The notes under the pieces were generated by a model. That model made no database searches. It worked only from the letters and a program-made list of their open reading frames with translations, and had not been told where the DNA came from. A stretch of 64,000 nt of DNA. It comes from Promethearchaeia archaeon. Lineage in GTDB: Archaea; Asgardarchaeota; Lokiarchaeia; Sigyniarchaeales; SOKP01. This document shows, one piece after another, positions 9,654-18,742 of the stretch. A program made the translations under genes and the position numbers. Position 1 is the stretch's first letter; the number at the start of each line of letters is the position of its first letter. The stretch is taken from assembly GCA_029856045.1 (NCBI GenBank), contig JAHQWG010000012.1, forward strand, positions 64,001-128,000, in the 5' to 3' direction.

Positions 9654-11204
9654 TTAGAAATTTTCATAGCGCAAAGAGCGAGATATTATATCCTTCCAAC
9701 AGGAATATTTCTTTTTACGTTCTTCTTCCGTCATCTGAGGTTTATAGGTTTTTTCTACTTTTCTAATCTGTAAGAGCTCATCTTCAGACTTCCAAAACCC
9801 CACTGCTAGCCCAGCCATAAAAACAGCACCTAATGCAGTAGTTTCAGGGTTACCTGTATGTTCAACATCTATTCCCAAGATATCACTTAAAAATTGAAGG
9901 AGAAATTTATTTTGAGATACTCCACCATCAGCTTTTATTTTTTCTATTTGAATTTTTGTGTCTATAATAATGCCTTCAACTATATCTTTTATCCTAAGGC
10001 AAATTCCTTCTAAAATTGCTCTTATTATATGTTCTTTTTTAGTATCTAAGTCTACGCCAAAAAGATTTCCTCGTGTGCTAGAATCCCAATATGGAAATGA
10101 AAGGCCAGTTGTAAATGTTGGTAAAAAATAAACGCCATCTGTTGAATCCACACTTAATGCCATTTTTTCCGTTTCGGAGGGATCATTATATAGTCCCAGT
10201 TCATTCTGCAACCAATCTATGATGTTACCGGCATTATGAGACATTCCTTCCGTCATATAAGTGGTTTGCTCATTGATATGCCAAGCAATTAATGGGTATA
10301 ATTTTCTTTTTGAAGCATAACATTTTTGTCCTGTATTAAGGTCTACAAATGAGCCCGTACCATTTGTAACTTTCATTGATCCTTCGTTAAAACAACATTG
10401 TCCGAATAAACTTGCCATTTGATCTCCAATTAAACATGTAATGGGTATTTCGCCGCCAAAAATTTTTGCTTTTCCGAAATCTCCTCTAGTATCTCTAATT
10501 TCTGGTAATATGTATTCTGGAATTCCCATTGCTTTTAAATATATCGAATTGTATTCTAATTTAAATGGATCAAACAAACCGGTATGAGCATTTGAATAAT
10601 CAGTAGCAAAAACCCTTCCTTCAGTTAAATTCCATAATATCCAAGTATCGATTGTCCCCCATACTACGCTAGTATTGGGGTCGCTGATTAATTCTTTAAC
10701 CTCCGGATGAGTTTCAAGAAAATATCCTGTTCTCATGGATGTATGATCAGTAGTGAATTTAATGGTTGAAAATGTTAATAATTTTATATTACGCGTAAAT
10801 AAGTAGATAAATTTTGTTATACCTCTTAAAAATCTAAAATAGAAACTTTTATTTTTTTTCTCAGTATATAAGGCACATCGTTTATCTTGCCAAGTGATAA
10901 TATTAGAATAAATTTTTCCAGTATTTTTATCCCAGAAAAGAAAGGATGCTCTTTGAGTAGTAATACCAATTGCTGCTATATTCTCGGGACTTAAATTATT
11001 TGATTTTATAACTTCTTCCATAACTTGTCTGCTTAATTCCCAGATTTCTTTTGGATCTTGCTCTACTTGACCCTTTTCTTCCATAATATATTTAGGTTTT
11101 CTTTTGGCTTGGGCGAAAATTTCACCATTTTTATCATAAATGAAAGCTTTAATGTTAGTTGTCCCAATATCAAGGCATAAAATATATGTATCCATTTTTA
11201 TCAC
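9654..11204 (-). CDS. glpK: FGGY-family glycerol kinase, GK5-like
   Basis: DIGTT, EQDP, ITTQR, WQDKR, GTIDTW, GDQMASLFG, TNGTGSF, DGGVSQN, ETTALGA; amphipathic insertion after WQDKR. Confidence 0.85.
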   Translation of the reverse strand: MIKMDTYILCLDIGTTNIKAFIYDKNGEIFAQAKRKPKYIMEEKGQVEQDPKEIWELSRQVMEEVIKSNNLSPENIAAIGITTQRASFLFWDKNTGKIYSNIITWQDKRCALYTEKKNKSFYFRFLRGITKFIYLFTRNIKLLTFSTIKFTTDHTSMRTGYFLETHPEVKELISDPNTSVVWGTIDTWILWNLTEGRVFATDYSNAHTGLFDPFKLEYNSIYLKAMGIPEYILPEIRDTRGDFGKAKIFGGEIPITCLIGDQMASLFGQCCFNEGSMKVTNGTGSFVDLNTGQKCYASKRKLYPLIAWHINEQTTYMTEGMSHNAGNIIDWLQNELGLYNDPSETEKMALSVDSTDGVYFLPTFTTGLSFPYWDSSTRGNLFGVDLDTKKEHIIRAILEGICLRIKDIVEGIIIDTKIQIEKIKADGGVSQNKFLLQFLSDILGIDVEHTGNPETTALGAVFMAGLAVGFWKSEDELLQIRKVEKTYKPQMTEEERKKKYSCWKDIISRSLRYENF

Positions 11205-11227
11205 ATTTTTATATTTTCTTTTGAAAT

Positions 11228-12514
11228 TTATATAACTTTAGCAATTAATTCAGTTAAGTCTATTATTTTAATTTTCTTTTTATTATTATCTTCAATTCCT
11301 TTTTCTAATCCTAATTCACAAAGCGGGCAAGCCGTAACGATTATATTTGCACCTGTTTCAATTAATTCATTAACTCTATTTTGCGAGATTTTTTCCGCTA
11401 AATCATTATTTGCCCAATGGAGCGTACCGCTATACCCACAGCAATGGGTATATTTTTCATTACAAATTGGCTCTAATAGATTTAATCCCGGAATTTTCTT
11501 CAAAACTTCTCTTGGCTCGGAAATAACATTTAAATTTCTTGACATTAAGCATGGATCATGATAGACAACGTTTTTGAATTCTTCAGGTATTTGGGTTTTA
11601 AGAATGAGTTTATTTTCCTCAATCAATTGTTTAAATAATTGTAAGATATGAATCACTTTTACTTTTAATTTAACACCAATCTTTTCATATCGATTAAGTA
11701 AAGTATCAGCACAACCTGGACAATCAGTCACAACTAGTTTTGCTCCAGAACTCGTGATTAAATCTATATTTTGCTTGGCATATTCTTTAGCTAAATCCAA
11801 ATGTCGAGTATTAAATAATGGGGCACCACAACACCATCTTTTATCTAAGTTAGTTGAGAATTTAATACCAGCCTTCTTCAATATTTCAATATTAGCTTTA
11901 ACAACTTCTGGAAATTTCATCATTTCGCATCCAATATAATAAAAAACATCATCATTTCCATCAGATTCGATATTTTCAATGCCCTTCTCTTCATAAGTCT
12001 TGAATATATTTGTGTCTTCTATAGTATGAGTTTTATTTAATTTTTCTATTTGTTCTTTTATATAACTTGGAGTCAAACCTTTATCATTAATATCATCTCG
12101 AACCGTTTCAAGCAATGAAACTACTGAAAAATCGAATGGGCACCAAATTTTACAGTTTTCGCAATTACAGCATTCATACATTAAATTAATAAAGTCTTTA
12201 TTTTCTTCTTTAGAAGGATCTATTTTGCCGACTGAAAGATAATAGCCAATTAGAGATTTATAAGCGGGTGCCATACTTTCAGTTTTTGCTCCTTGGAGGG
12301 AATTGCAATCAAATCTGCACATTTTAAGACATAACATGCAATTAATCAAATTTTTTACATCAGCTTTATATTCTCCTTGAGGATAAAAATTTTTCTTTTT
12401 CAACCTAAAATTCTTTAAAACTATTCTTTTAACATCACGGTCAGCATTTGCTATTATAGGAATCATCCATTTATACTTTTTTAATTGTTCCAAGATACTC
12501 ATTTTATTTAGCAC
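11228..12514 (-). CDS. GlpC/HdrD-like Fe-S oxidoreductase (ferredoxin plus two CCG domains)
   Basis: CMLCLKMC, CCNCENC..WCP, YYIGC, CCG, CPGC, YHDPC, CCG, TACPLC. Confidence 0.9.
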   Translation of the reverse strand: MLNKMSILEQLKKYKWMIPIIANADRDVKRIVLKNFRLKKKNFYPQGEYKADVKNLINCMLCLKMCRFDCNSLQGAKTESMAPAYKSLIGYYLSVGKIDPSKEENKDFINLMYECCNCENCKIWCPFDFSVVSLLETVRDDINDKGLTPSYIKEQIEKLNKTHTIEDTNIFKTYEEKGIENIESDGNDDVFYYIGCEMMKFPEVVKANIEILKKAGIKFSTNLDKRWCCGAPLFNTRHLDLAKEYAKQNIDLITSSGAKLVVTDCPGCADTLLNRYEKIGVKLKVKVIHILQLFKQLIEENKLILKTQIPEEFKNVVYHDPCLMSRNLNVISEPREVLKKIPGLNLLEPICNEKYTHCCGYSGTLHWANNDLAEKISQNRVNELIETGANIIVTACPLCELGLEKGIEDNNKKKIKIIDLTELIAKVI

Positions 12515-13982
12515 CTCCCTTTTCAGGGGGAAAATAAGTTTTTCCCGGATTTAAAATATTATTTGGATCAAGTAAGTTTTTTATATCTATTAGTGATCTT
12601 AAAGCTTTCCCCCATTCTTTTTCCATCCAACGTGCTCTATTGATACCAATCCCATGATGATGAGCAATAGATCCTCCAGCTTTAACACATGCATCTATTA
12701 CAGCATCCCAACATTCTTGATAAAACTCAAAATCAGATTTTCCTCCAGTTGCAACCCCACTAAATGTAAAATAAAAACCAACCCCATTAGGATAAAAATG
12801 TGAGGCATGAGCAGTTATATGAAGATTACCTTTAACTTTCTTAACTGAATCAAGAACTAAATGATACAATTCTGCAGCATGTTCCCACATAACAGATACT
12901 TCAATAGTATCAAATACAATTTTATATGGCGGACCAAATGATGTTTCTGTTACCCTAAATCTGGTTTCAAACCAGTGTTCTACTGGTTCTTCTCCACAAT
13001 TAGCACCCTTATTATCTTCACATTTTTCTCTTGTAATAATTCCTTCTAAATTTACAAGTCTTTCATTTCCTTCACAAACAAAAACAGCCATAACTTTATC
13101 TTTCGCTTCTTTTATTTGAGGGAAATGTCTACTTGTTTCTGAGGTATCGTAGATGCGTATAACAGCTGGATATATTTGATTCCTTAAAATATTTCTGATA
13201 GCTTCTAATGAATCTTCGATAGTTGGAAAAGCGTAAGAGATTAATTCTCTTTTTTCTGGATATGGCCATATTTTTAAAGTTGCTTTAGTAACTATCCCTA
13301 ATGTGCCTTCTCCTCCAATAAATAATTTATCAAATTGTGGTCCAGTTGCTGCTCTTATTATTGTTTTTAGTTTAATGATTTCACCTTGTGGTAATATGAT
13401 TTCTAAACCTAAGACTATATCTTCTATTTTTCCATATTTTGTGGAAAATTGACCAGCTGCTCTATGGGCAATCCATCCACCAACAGAAGACATATAAATG
13501 GATTGGGGAATATGTCCACAGGTATAGCCTTTAGCATTAAGATATCTCTCTAAATTCATCCCATTCATACCTGCTTGAACTGTAACAGTCAAATCTTTAT
13601 CATTAATCTCCAATATTTTATTGAACTTTTTCATGTCAATAATGATTCCACCATATATTGGTATCGCACCTCCTACAACTCCTGAACCCTCGCCGTAAGG
13701 GATTATTGGAATTTTTTCCTCATTCGCTAATTTTAAAATCTTAGATATTTGATCATTATTTTCAGGCCATGTTATTAAGTCGGGTAACGCCGCTAATTGT
13801 CCTTGGATTCTCCAATTTAAAGTAATTAGCGTAGAATCTTTAGAATAAGCAATTAAATCTATTTCTCTGGTTGAAACATTTTTTTCCCCCAAAATAACCT
13901 TTAATTTAGAAAGAATCTTTTCTTTATCTTTAATCTCACATCTATTATCTTTAAAAATTAAACCAAATTTTTCAAGAGCCAT
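12504..13982 (-). CDS. VAO/PCMH-family FAD oxidoreductase, alkyl-dihydroxyacetonephosphate synthase-like
   Basis: PYGEGSGVVGG, GHIPQS, GGWIAHRAAGQFSTKYGKIED, GEGTLG, HASHFY, HHHGIG, LDPNNILNPGK. Confidence 0.85.
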   Translation of the reverse strand: MALEKFGLIFKDNRCEIKDKEKILSKLKVILGEKNVSTREIDLIAYSKDSTLITLNWRIQGQLAALPDLITWPENNDQISKILKLANEEKIPIIPYGEGSGVVGGAIPIYGGIIIDMKKFNKILEINDKDLTVTVQAGMNGMNLERYLNAKGYTCGHIPQSIYMSSVGGWIAHRAAGQFSTKYGKIEDIVLGLEIILPQGEIIKLKTIIRAATGPQFDKLFIGGEGTLGIVTKATLKIWPYPEKRELISYAFPTIEDSLEAIRNILRNQIYPAVIRIYDTSETSRHFPQIKEAKDKVMAVFVCEGNERLVNLEGIITREKCEDNKGANCGEEPVEHWFETRFRVTETSFGPPYKIVFDTIEVSVMWEHAAELYHLVLDSVKKVKGNLHITAHASHFYPNGVGFYFTFSGVATGGKSDFEFYQECWDAVIDACVKAGGSIAHHHGIGINRARWMEKEWGKALRSLIDIKNLLDPNNILNPGKTYFPPEKGGAK

Positions 13983-14239
13983 AATTTTCTCATTTATTTC
14001 TAAACTTATTTTATAAATTAAATTAGCTTTTATGATTTTTATTAAGTTTTTGTTAAATAAAATCTTAACTTATTATAAATATCTGAAAACGCATTAATAA
14101 GAAGAATCAAATAGGAGTTTTAAATTTACAAGAATTTAAATGTTAATACATAGTAAAAACATTAATATCAAAAATTGATTATGAGAATATTTGAATAATT
14201 AGCTATAAATATAAAAATTAGAAACTTAATTATTATATC

Positions 14240-14824
14240 ATGAGTGAAAATAAAGAACAACTAAGAAAACTCATAATGATTATTTCTGATCTTAGAGCAA
14301 AAGATTCCGAGCGATATGAAAGTCATGTTGCTTTCATGAATGAAACGGTTAAAATGATAAAGGCAATTGCAAATCAAATGAATGAACATTGGAAACAAGT
14401 TCAAAACTCTTTATTGGATTTAAATAAAACTATTGAAACAAGCCTAGATGCTTTATTAACAGGTATTAATCCAAAAGGATTACGTGAAACCTCACATAGA
14501 TTAAAAGAAATAATGGACACTATGAATAAAAGTGTTCAATCAATGAATCTAGAGAATGTTATGAGAGAATTAAAAGCGATTACAACAGAAGGTCCAAAAG
14601 TATCAATAGATTTTTCTCAACCAGTTGCTGAACAAATTTCAGCTGGAATGAGTTATCCACAGAGTGGAACAAAATTAAAGCCTCCTCCTGGAACAGAGCA
14701 AACAGGACAAGCAGAAGAGGAGGAGATATATGGGTATATCCCAGATAGTATGAAAAAGAAAAAGAAGAAGAAAGACGAAGAAGAACCGCATTTAATGAAG
14801 CCAAGCGATTTATTTAAGAAATAA
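14240..14824 (+). CDS. Hypothetical helical protein with low-complexity charged tail
   Basis: 194-aa ORF; helical N-terminal two thirds, Pro/Gly linker, poly-K/E tail. Confidence 0.7.
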   Translation: MSENKEQLRKLIMIISDLRAKDSERYESHVAFMNETVKMIKAIANQMNEHWKQVQNSLLDLNKTIETSLDALLTGINPKGLRETSHRLKEIMDTMNKSVQSMNLENVMRELKAITTEGPKVSIDFSQPVAEQISAGMSYPQSGTKLKPPPGTEQTGQAEEEEIYGYIPDSMKKKKKKKDEEEPHLMKPSDLFKK

Positions 14825-14839
14825 AAAACATTTATTGTT

Positions 14840-15631
14840 TTAAACTTTTTCCTGAGCAATTAAAGCTGCTCCTAATGCCCCAGTTATTTGAGGTGCATCC
14901 AAATTATTATTAAACTGTGGTATTTCAATCTTAAATTCAAGTTCTTTTTCTAAGAAGACCTTCACTGCCGGGTTTTTTGCAACTCCACCACAAAAAATTA
15001 ATTGTGGCTTAACACTAATTCTTTTTGCCATAGAAGCTACTCGCCTAGCGATAGATTTGTGTATGCCGGCTGCAATATCTTCTTTCTTAGCGCCTTGTGC
15101 AAATAATGATATTACTTCTGACTCCGCAAATACTGTACAAGTTGATGAGATAGATTCCGGTTTTTTTGATCTTAATGCTAAATCACCTAATTTTTCTATA
15201 GGTACCTCTAAAGCATTTGCCATAACCTCTAAGAAACGTCCTGTGCCAGCCGCACACTTATCATTCATTTGAAAGTCTATAGGGCTCTTAGTTTTTGAAG
15301 ATATTAAAATTGCTTTGGAATCTTGGCCCCCAATATCAATAACAGAGGTTGCATCTGGAAAAAAGTATAACACACCCTTCGCATGAGCCGTGATTTCGGT
15401 TACCTTTTGATCAGCAATGTCAATAGTATGCCGTCCATAACCAGTGCTCATTATAAAAACATCTTTCTTCTTTAAATTTTCTTCAGACATTATTTGATTA
15501 AATAATTGATGACCAATTTTTTGAAAATTATGAGTAGAGCGTGCAATTTTATAATTTTTGATTTTATTATTATCATCTAATAGAACAATTTTAGTTGAGA
15601 GTGAGCCGATATCTATTCCTACAGTTTTCAT
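14840..15631 (-). CDS. 2-hydroxyacyl-CoA dehydratase activator (HgdC/BadF/BcrA-type ATPase)
   Basis: GIDIGS, TGYGR, EITAHAKG, DIGGQDSK, MNDKCAAGTGRF, STCTVFAESE, GGVAKN. Confidence 0.93.
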   Translation of the reverse strand: MKTVGIDIGSLSTKIVLLDDNNKIKNYKIARSTHNFQKIGHQLFNQIMSEENLKKKDVFIMSTGYGRHTIDIADQKVTEITAHAKGVLYFFPDATSVIDIGGQDSKAILISSKTKSPIDFQMNDKCAAGTGRFLEVMANALEVPIEKLGDLALRSKKPESISSTCTVFAESEVISLFAQGAKKEDIAAGIHKSIARRVASMAKRISVKPQLIFCGGVAKNPAVKVFLEKELEFKIEIPQFNNNLDAPQITGALGAALIAQEKV

Positions 15632-15713
15632 ACAATCAATATTATGAGTTATTTATTCAATAATCGTAAAAATTAATTAGAATTAATTGAAAAGAAAATA
15701 AAAACTTTCTTAT

Positions 15714-16493
15714 TTAAGTAAATTGACCGATCGTTAATGTAAGAATAATTGTTAATATTATGGCTAATAAGAAATGAATAAAATATTTAATTATTGATCC
15801 CTTAGACAGTCTGGCTAAATATTGAGCTAAAAGGAATACAGTGATAATTATTATTATAAAAGAAATTATGAATTGTATATATATTAGATTGGGATTAACA
15901 AAAAATGGTGTCAACATTAGTAATGCTCCTAAGAATGAAGAAAGTCCATTAATAATAGCCAAAATACGTGAAGCAAAATCTTCTGCTTTCTCATTAATAT
16001 CCTTTTCTTTCTTATTGGATTTCTCGTCTGAATTAACATTAACTTGTTTTTTTATATAGGTTTCTTTCGCTTTTCGGCTTAACCCAATCATATGCTTCAA
16101 TATTTCCTCTTTTATTTGATTTTGATTATCAAGAGCACTTTCTTCATTCTCTGAATCATCATCTTCATTATATATTGCCATCGCTTTTTTCAATTCGTAA
16201 TTGATTTTTGCTCTTTCAGCTTCTTCAGAAAGGAGAGATCCAGAGATACCAGAAACACCCATAGCAATTGCTGTAGCAATACCAGGTAAAATAAGGATAT
16301 CAGTTGTTGAATATAGAGATTGATCTCTTATATATAAAGTAAAGATTCCGATTATAATTCCCAGCGTTGTTAAAAGACCATCTGTAAAGTTCATAATAAA
16401 ATATCGACGAGCAATCGCACCGACTTCTGAAATTTCCCAGTATAGTTTCCAGCGCCCAATAATACTTTTATTACTTTTTTCTCTTACATCCAT
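15714..16493 (-). CDS. VIT1/CCC1-family membrane protein
   Basis: ARRYF.MNFTDG, AIAMGVSG, SEEAER, soluble acidic loop, three C-terminal TM segments. Confidence 0.8.
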   Translation of the reverse strand: MDVREKSNKSIIGRWKLYWEISEVGAIARRYFIMNFTDGLLTTLGIIIGIFTLYIRDQSLYSTTDILILPGIATAIAMGVSGISGSLLSEEAERAKINYELKKAMAIYNEDDDSENEESALDNQNQIKEEILKHMIGLSRKAKETYIKKQVNVNSDEKSNKKEKDINEKAEDFASRILAIINGLSSFLGALLMLTPFFVNPNLIYIQFIISFIIIIITVFLLAQYLARLSKGSIIKYFIHFLLAIILTIILTLTIGQFT

Positions 16494-16625
16494 CCTATAT
16501 TACTAATTGTATTTTCCTTAAGAAAATTTAAAATCTATTTTTGGGAGGTAATTTTTCTCTATTAGATAATATTCTTGAGATTTATTAAAATATATAATTT
16601 TATTGTTATAAATTTATCTTCACTT

Positions 16626-17531
16626 TTATGAGTTAGAATTCTCACCTTTTATGTTTGCTTTTCTCCCCAAATATATTGAGAATAAGTAATAAATACCAAA
16701 AAGTATTACTAAGACACCCAATATTATTATGAGAATAAAATTGAAATTAGCTGAATAGACTTCTAACAGTTCAAGAGGTATATCTTCTAAATTAATTGGA
16801 AAACTCATTCCTGGAGGAAATAAAATGCTACCGAGCCAAGAAAAGAAAAAAGCCCTTGGAATAGAGCCAATAAATGTTCCTATGGAATATTTTTTCACAT
16901 CTAAATCGACTAATCCTGCTACATAACTGATAGGATCAAAAGCTACAAAAGGTAGAAATCTCGCCACTATGATTGTTCCCATCCCATATTTCCTAATAAA
17001 ATTGTCAGCTAGGAATAAAGCCTTTTCTCCAATAAACTTTTCAACTAATGGTCTTCCACCTTTTCTGCTTATATAGTAACATACGAGTGCCGCTACCATT
17101 GATCCAATAATCCCCATTATTCCTCCTCCGACCAAACCCCAAATTATTCCAGTAGCTAAAAGCACAATTTCAGATGGAATCGGAACTAAAAGACCTTGAA
17201 TAGCCATAATGGCAATAAAAAGTAATATACCCCAAAATGCTAGTATATAAATTGGATTAACAAACCATTCAATAACCAAGCGATATAGAAAGGTTTGGTC
17301 GACAAAGATAATATAATATAATAAATACAATGAGATGCCAATCAAGAAGATAAAGATTATTATGTATATTATTGTTTTAGCATCATAATTAGAAAAATCA
17401 AATAGCTTTTTAAAATATTTCTTTACTCTTAGGGAAATGGTTATTTTTTCTATAGGTTCTTTCTCTTCAATTATTTTCTCCTTTTCCGAATTTTCTCCCA
17501 TTTTACTAACTTGTTTTTTATTATTTTCCAT
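16626..17531 (-). CDS. TVP38/TMEM64 (VTT/DedA-like) membrane protein
   Basis: QGLLVPIPSE, GSMVAA..CYYISR.GGR, ARFLPFVAFDPISY.AG. Confidence 0.88.
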   Translation of the reverse strand: MENNKKQVSKMGENSEKEKIIEEKEPIEKITISLRVKKYFKKLFDFSNYDAKTIIYIIIFIFLIGISLYLLYYIIFVDQTFLYRLVIEWFVNPIYILAFWGILLFIAIMAIQGLLVPIPSEIVLLATGIIWGLVGGGIMGIIGSMVAALVCYYISRKGGRPLVEKFIGEKALFLADNFIRKYGMGTIIVARFLPFVAFDPISYVAGLVDLDVKKYSIGTFIGSIPRAFFFSWLGSILFPPGMSFPINLEDIPLELLEVYSANFNFILIIILGVLVILFGIYYLFSIYLGRKANIKGENSNS

Positions 17532-17605
17532 GATAATTTAAATCTAAATTTATATAAAAATTATATTTTTTTATATTTTTATGTAAAAATCGTTAAGAAT
17601 TATAT

Positions 17606-17674
17606 ATGGATATAAGGAAGCTAATTGTACTTAGTCACAGAGGGATAACGGGTCGATTTATGGAATATTTATAA
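17606..17674 (+). pseudogene. N-terminal remnant of a glycerophosphodiester phosphodiesterase (GDPD/UgpQ-like)
   Basis: Manual translation MDIRKLIVLSHRGITGRFMEYL*; resembles the GDPD N-terminal HRG...EN motif, then stops. Confidence 0.5.
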
Positions 17675-17824
17675 TTTATTTTAGATTATAAAAAGAAATA
17701 ATAATATAAAATAAAAACTTTTAATTAAAAATTTTATAAATAACAAATAAAGATTTTTTTGTGTCTTTAATATTGTTGGAAAAAAAATAAAAAATAATCT
17801 AATTTTAGTTTAGAGGAAATAAAA

Positions 17825-18742
17825 ATGACTGAAAACGTTGAAGATTTGATTTCAAACAATAATAAAGATGAAATAGAAAAACAAGAAATTAAACTTCAAT
17901 TTCATTTTTATCTCACATTTTTTGCTTTTATATATTTAGGATCATATTTCTTACCTGGTATAATTTTAATGTTATTTATATTGCTATATTTTGTACCATA
18001 CTTTTTACAGACCACAAATTTTGTTTCTCTTTTTATAGAATTAAACCCCTTACTTGCTTTAACATTAATGCCTTTAATTATTATCAGTTGTTATTTAATT
18101 CATTTATTTTTTATAGGTTTATTAACTCGATGGTGCTGGAGTTTTACTGAAAAGAAGTCTCCAACAAAGAATGGGATTATTCCACGAAATGTTCCTAGCG
18201 ATACTTTAAACTATTACCATATTCGTTCATTTGTAATTAAATATGGGAAATTTGTATTCACTAAAGGTCTTTTTCCTTGGTTACTGAATTGGTATTATAA
18301 TTTCGTTGGATCAAATAAAATTGGAAAAGGTACAACAATTGAAGAGGAAATTGTTGGTGATAAATTTATTGATGTAGGTGAAGATTGTTATATTGGAGTT
18401 AATTCAGCAGTATGTTCACACACTGTCGAGGGAACTTTTGGTCGGATACCTTATTTTGAAATAAAACTTGGAGATAATGTTACTTGTACGGCATTTAACA
18501 TAGTCGGTCCTGGATGTGATATCCATGAGAACTCTTATTTATTGCCGTTAGGCTCTACCGGTAAAAACCAAACTACCAAGGGGAATAGTTATTATTTTGG
18601 AATACCTATGCGCAAGATTTTCACGAAAAAGATAATAGAATATTTAAAGATCTCTCAAGAAGATTTAGAAAAAGATAAAGAGTTAAGAAATAGACAAAAA
18701 AAACTTAAGGAAAAAATAGAGAGTGATGTATTATTAAAATAA
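17825..18742 (+). CDS. Membrane-anchored left-handed beta-helix (hexapeptide) acyltransferase-like protein 1
   Basis: Two hydrophobic segments, then KIGKGT, VGEDCYIG, CSHTVEG, LGDNV, YFGIP. Confidence 0.8.
   Translation: MTENVEDLISNNNKDEIEKQEIKLQFHFYLTFFAFIYLGSYFLPGIILMLFILLYFVPYFLQTTNFVSLFIELNPLLALTLMPLIIISCYLIHLFFIGLLTRWCWSFTEKKSPTKNGIIPRNVPSDTLNYYHIRSFVIKYGKFVFTKGLFPWLLNWYYNFVGSNKIGKGTTIEEEIVGDKFIDVGEDCYIGVNSAVCSHTVEGTFGRIPYFEIKLGDNVTCTAFNIVGPGCDIHENSYLLPLGSTGKNQTTKGNSYYFGIPMRKIFTKKIIEYLKISQEDLEKDKELRNRQKKLKEKIESDVLLK

Noticed and set aside
18724-18726. TGA before the open frame of beta-helix gene 2 as possible selenocysteine
   Set aside because: Several TAA/TAG stops lie just upstream in that frame, with no start codon; no SECIS recognised.
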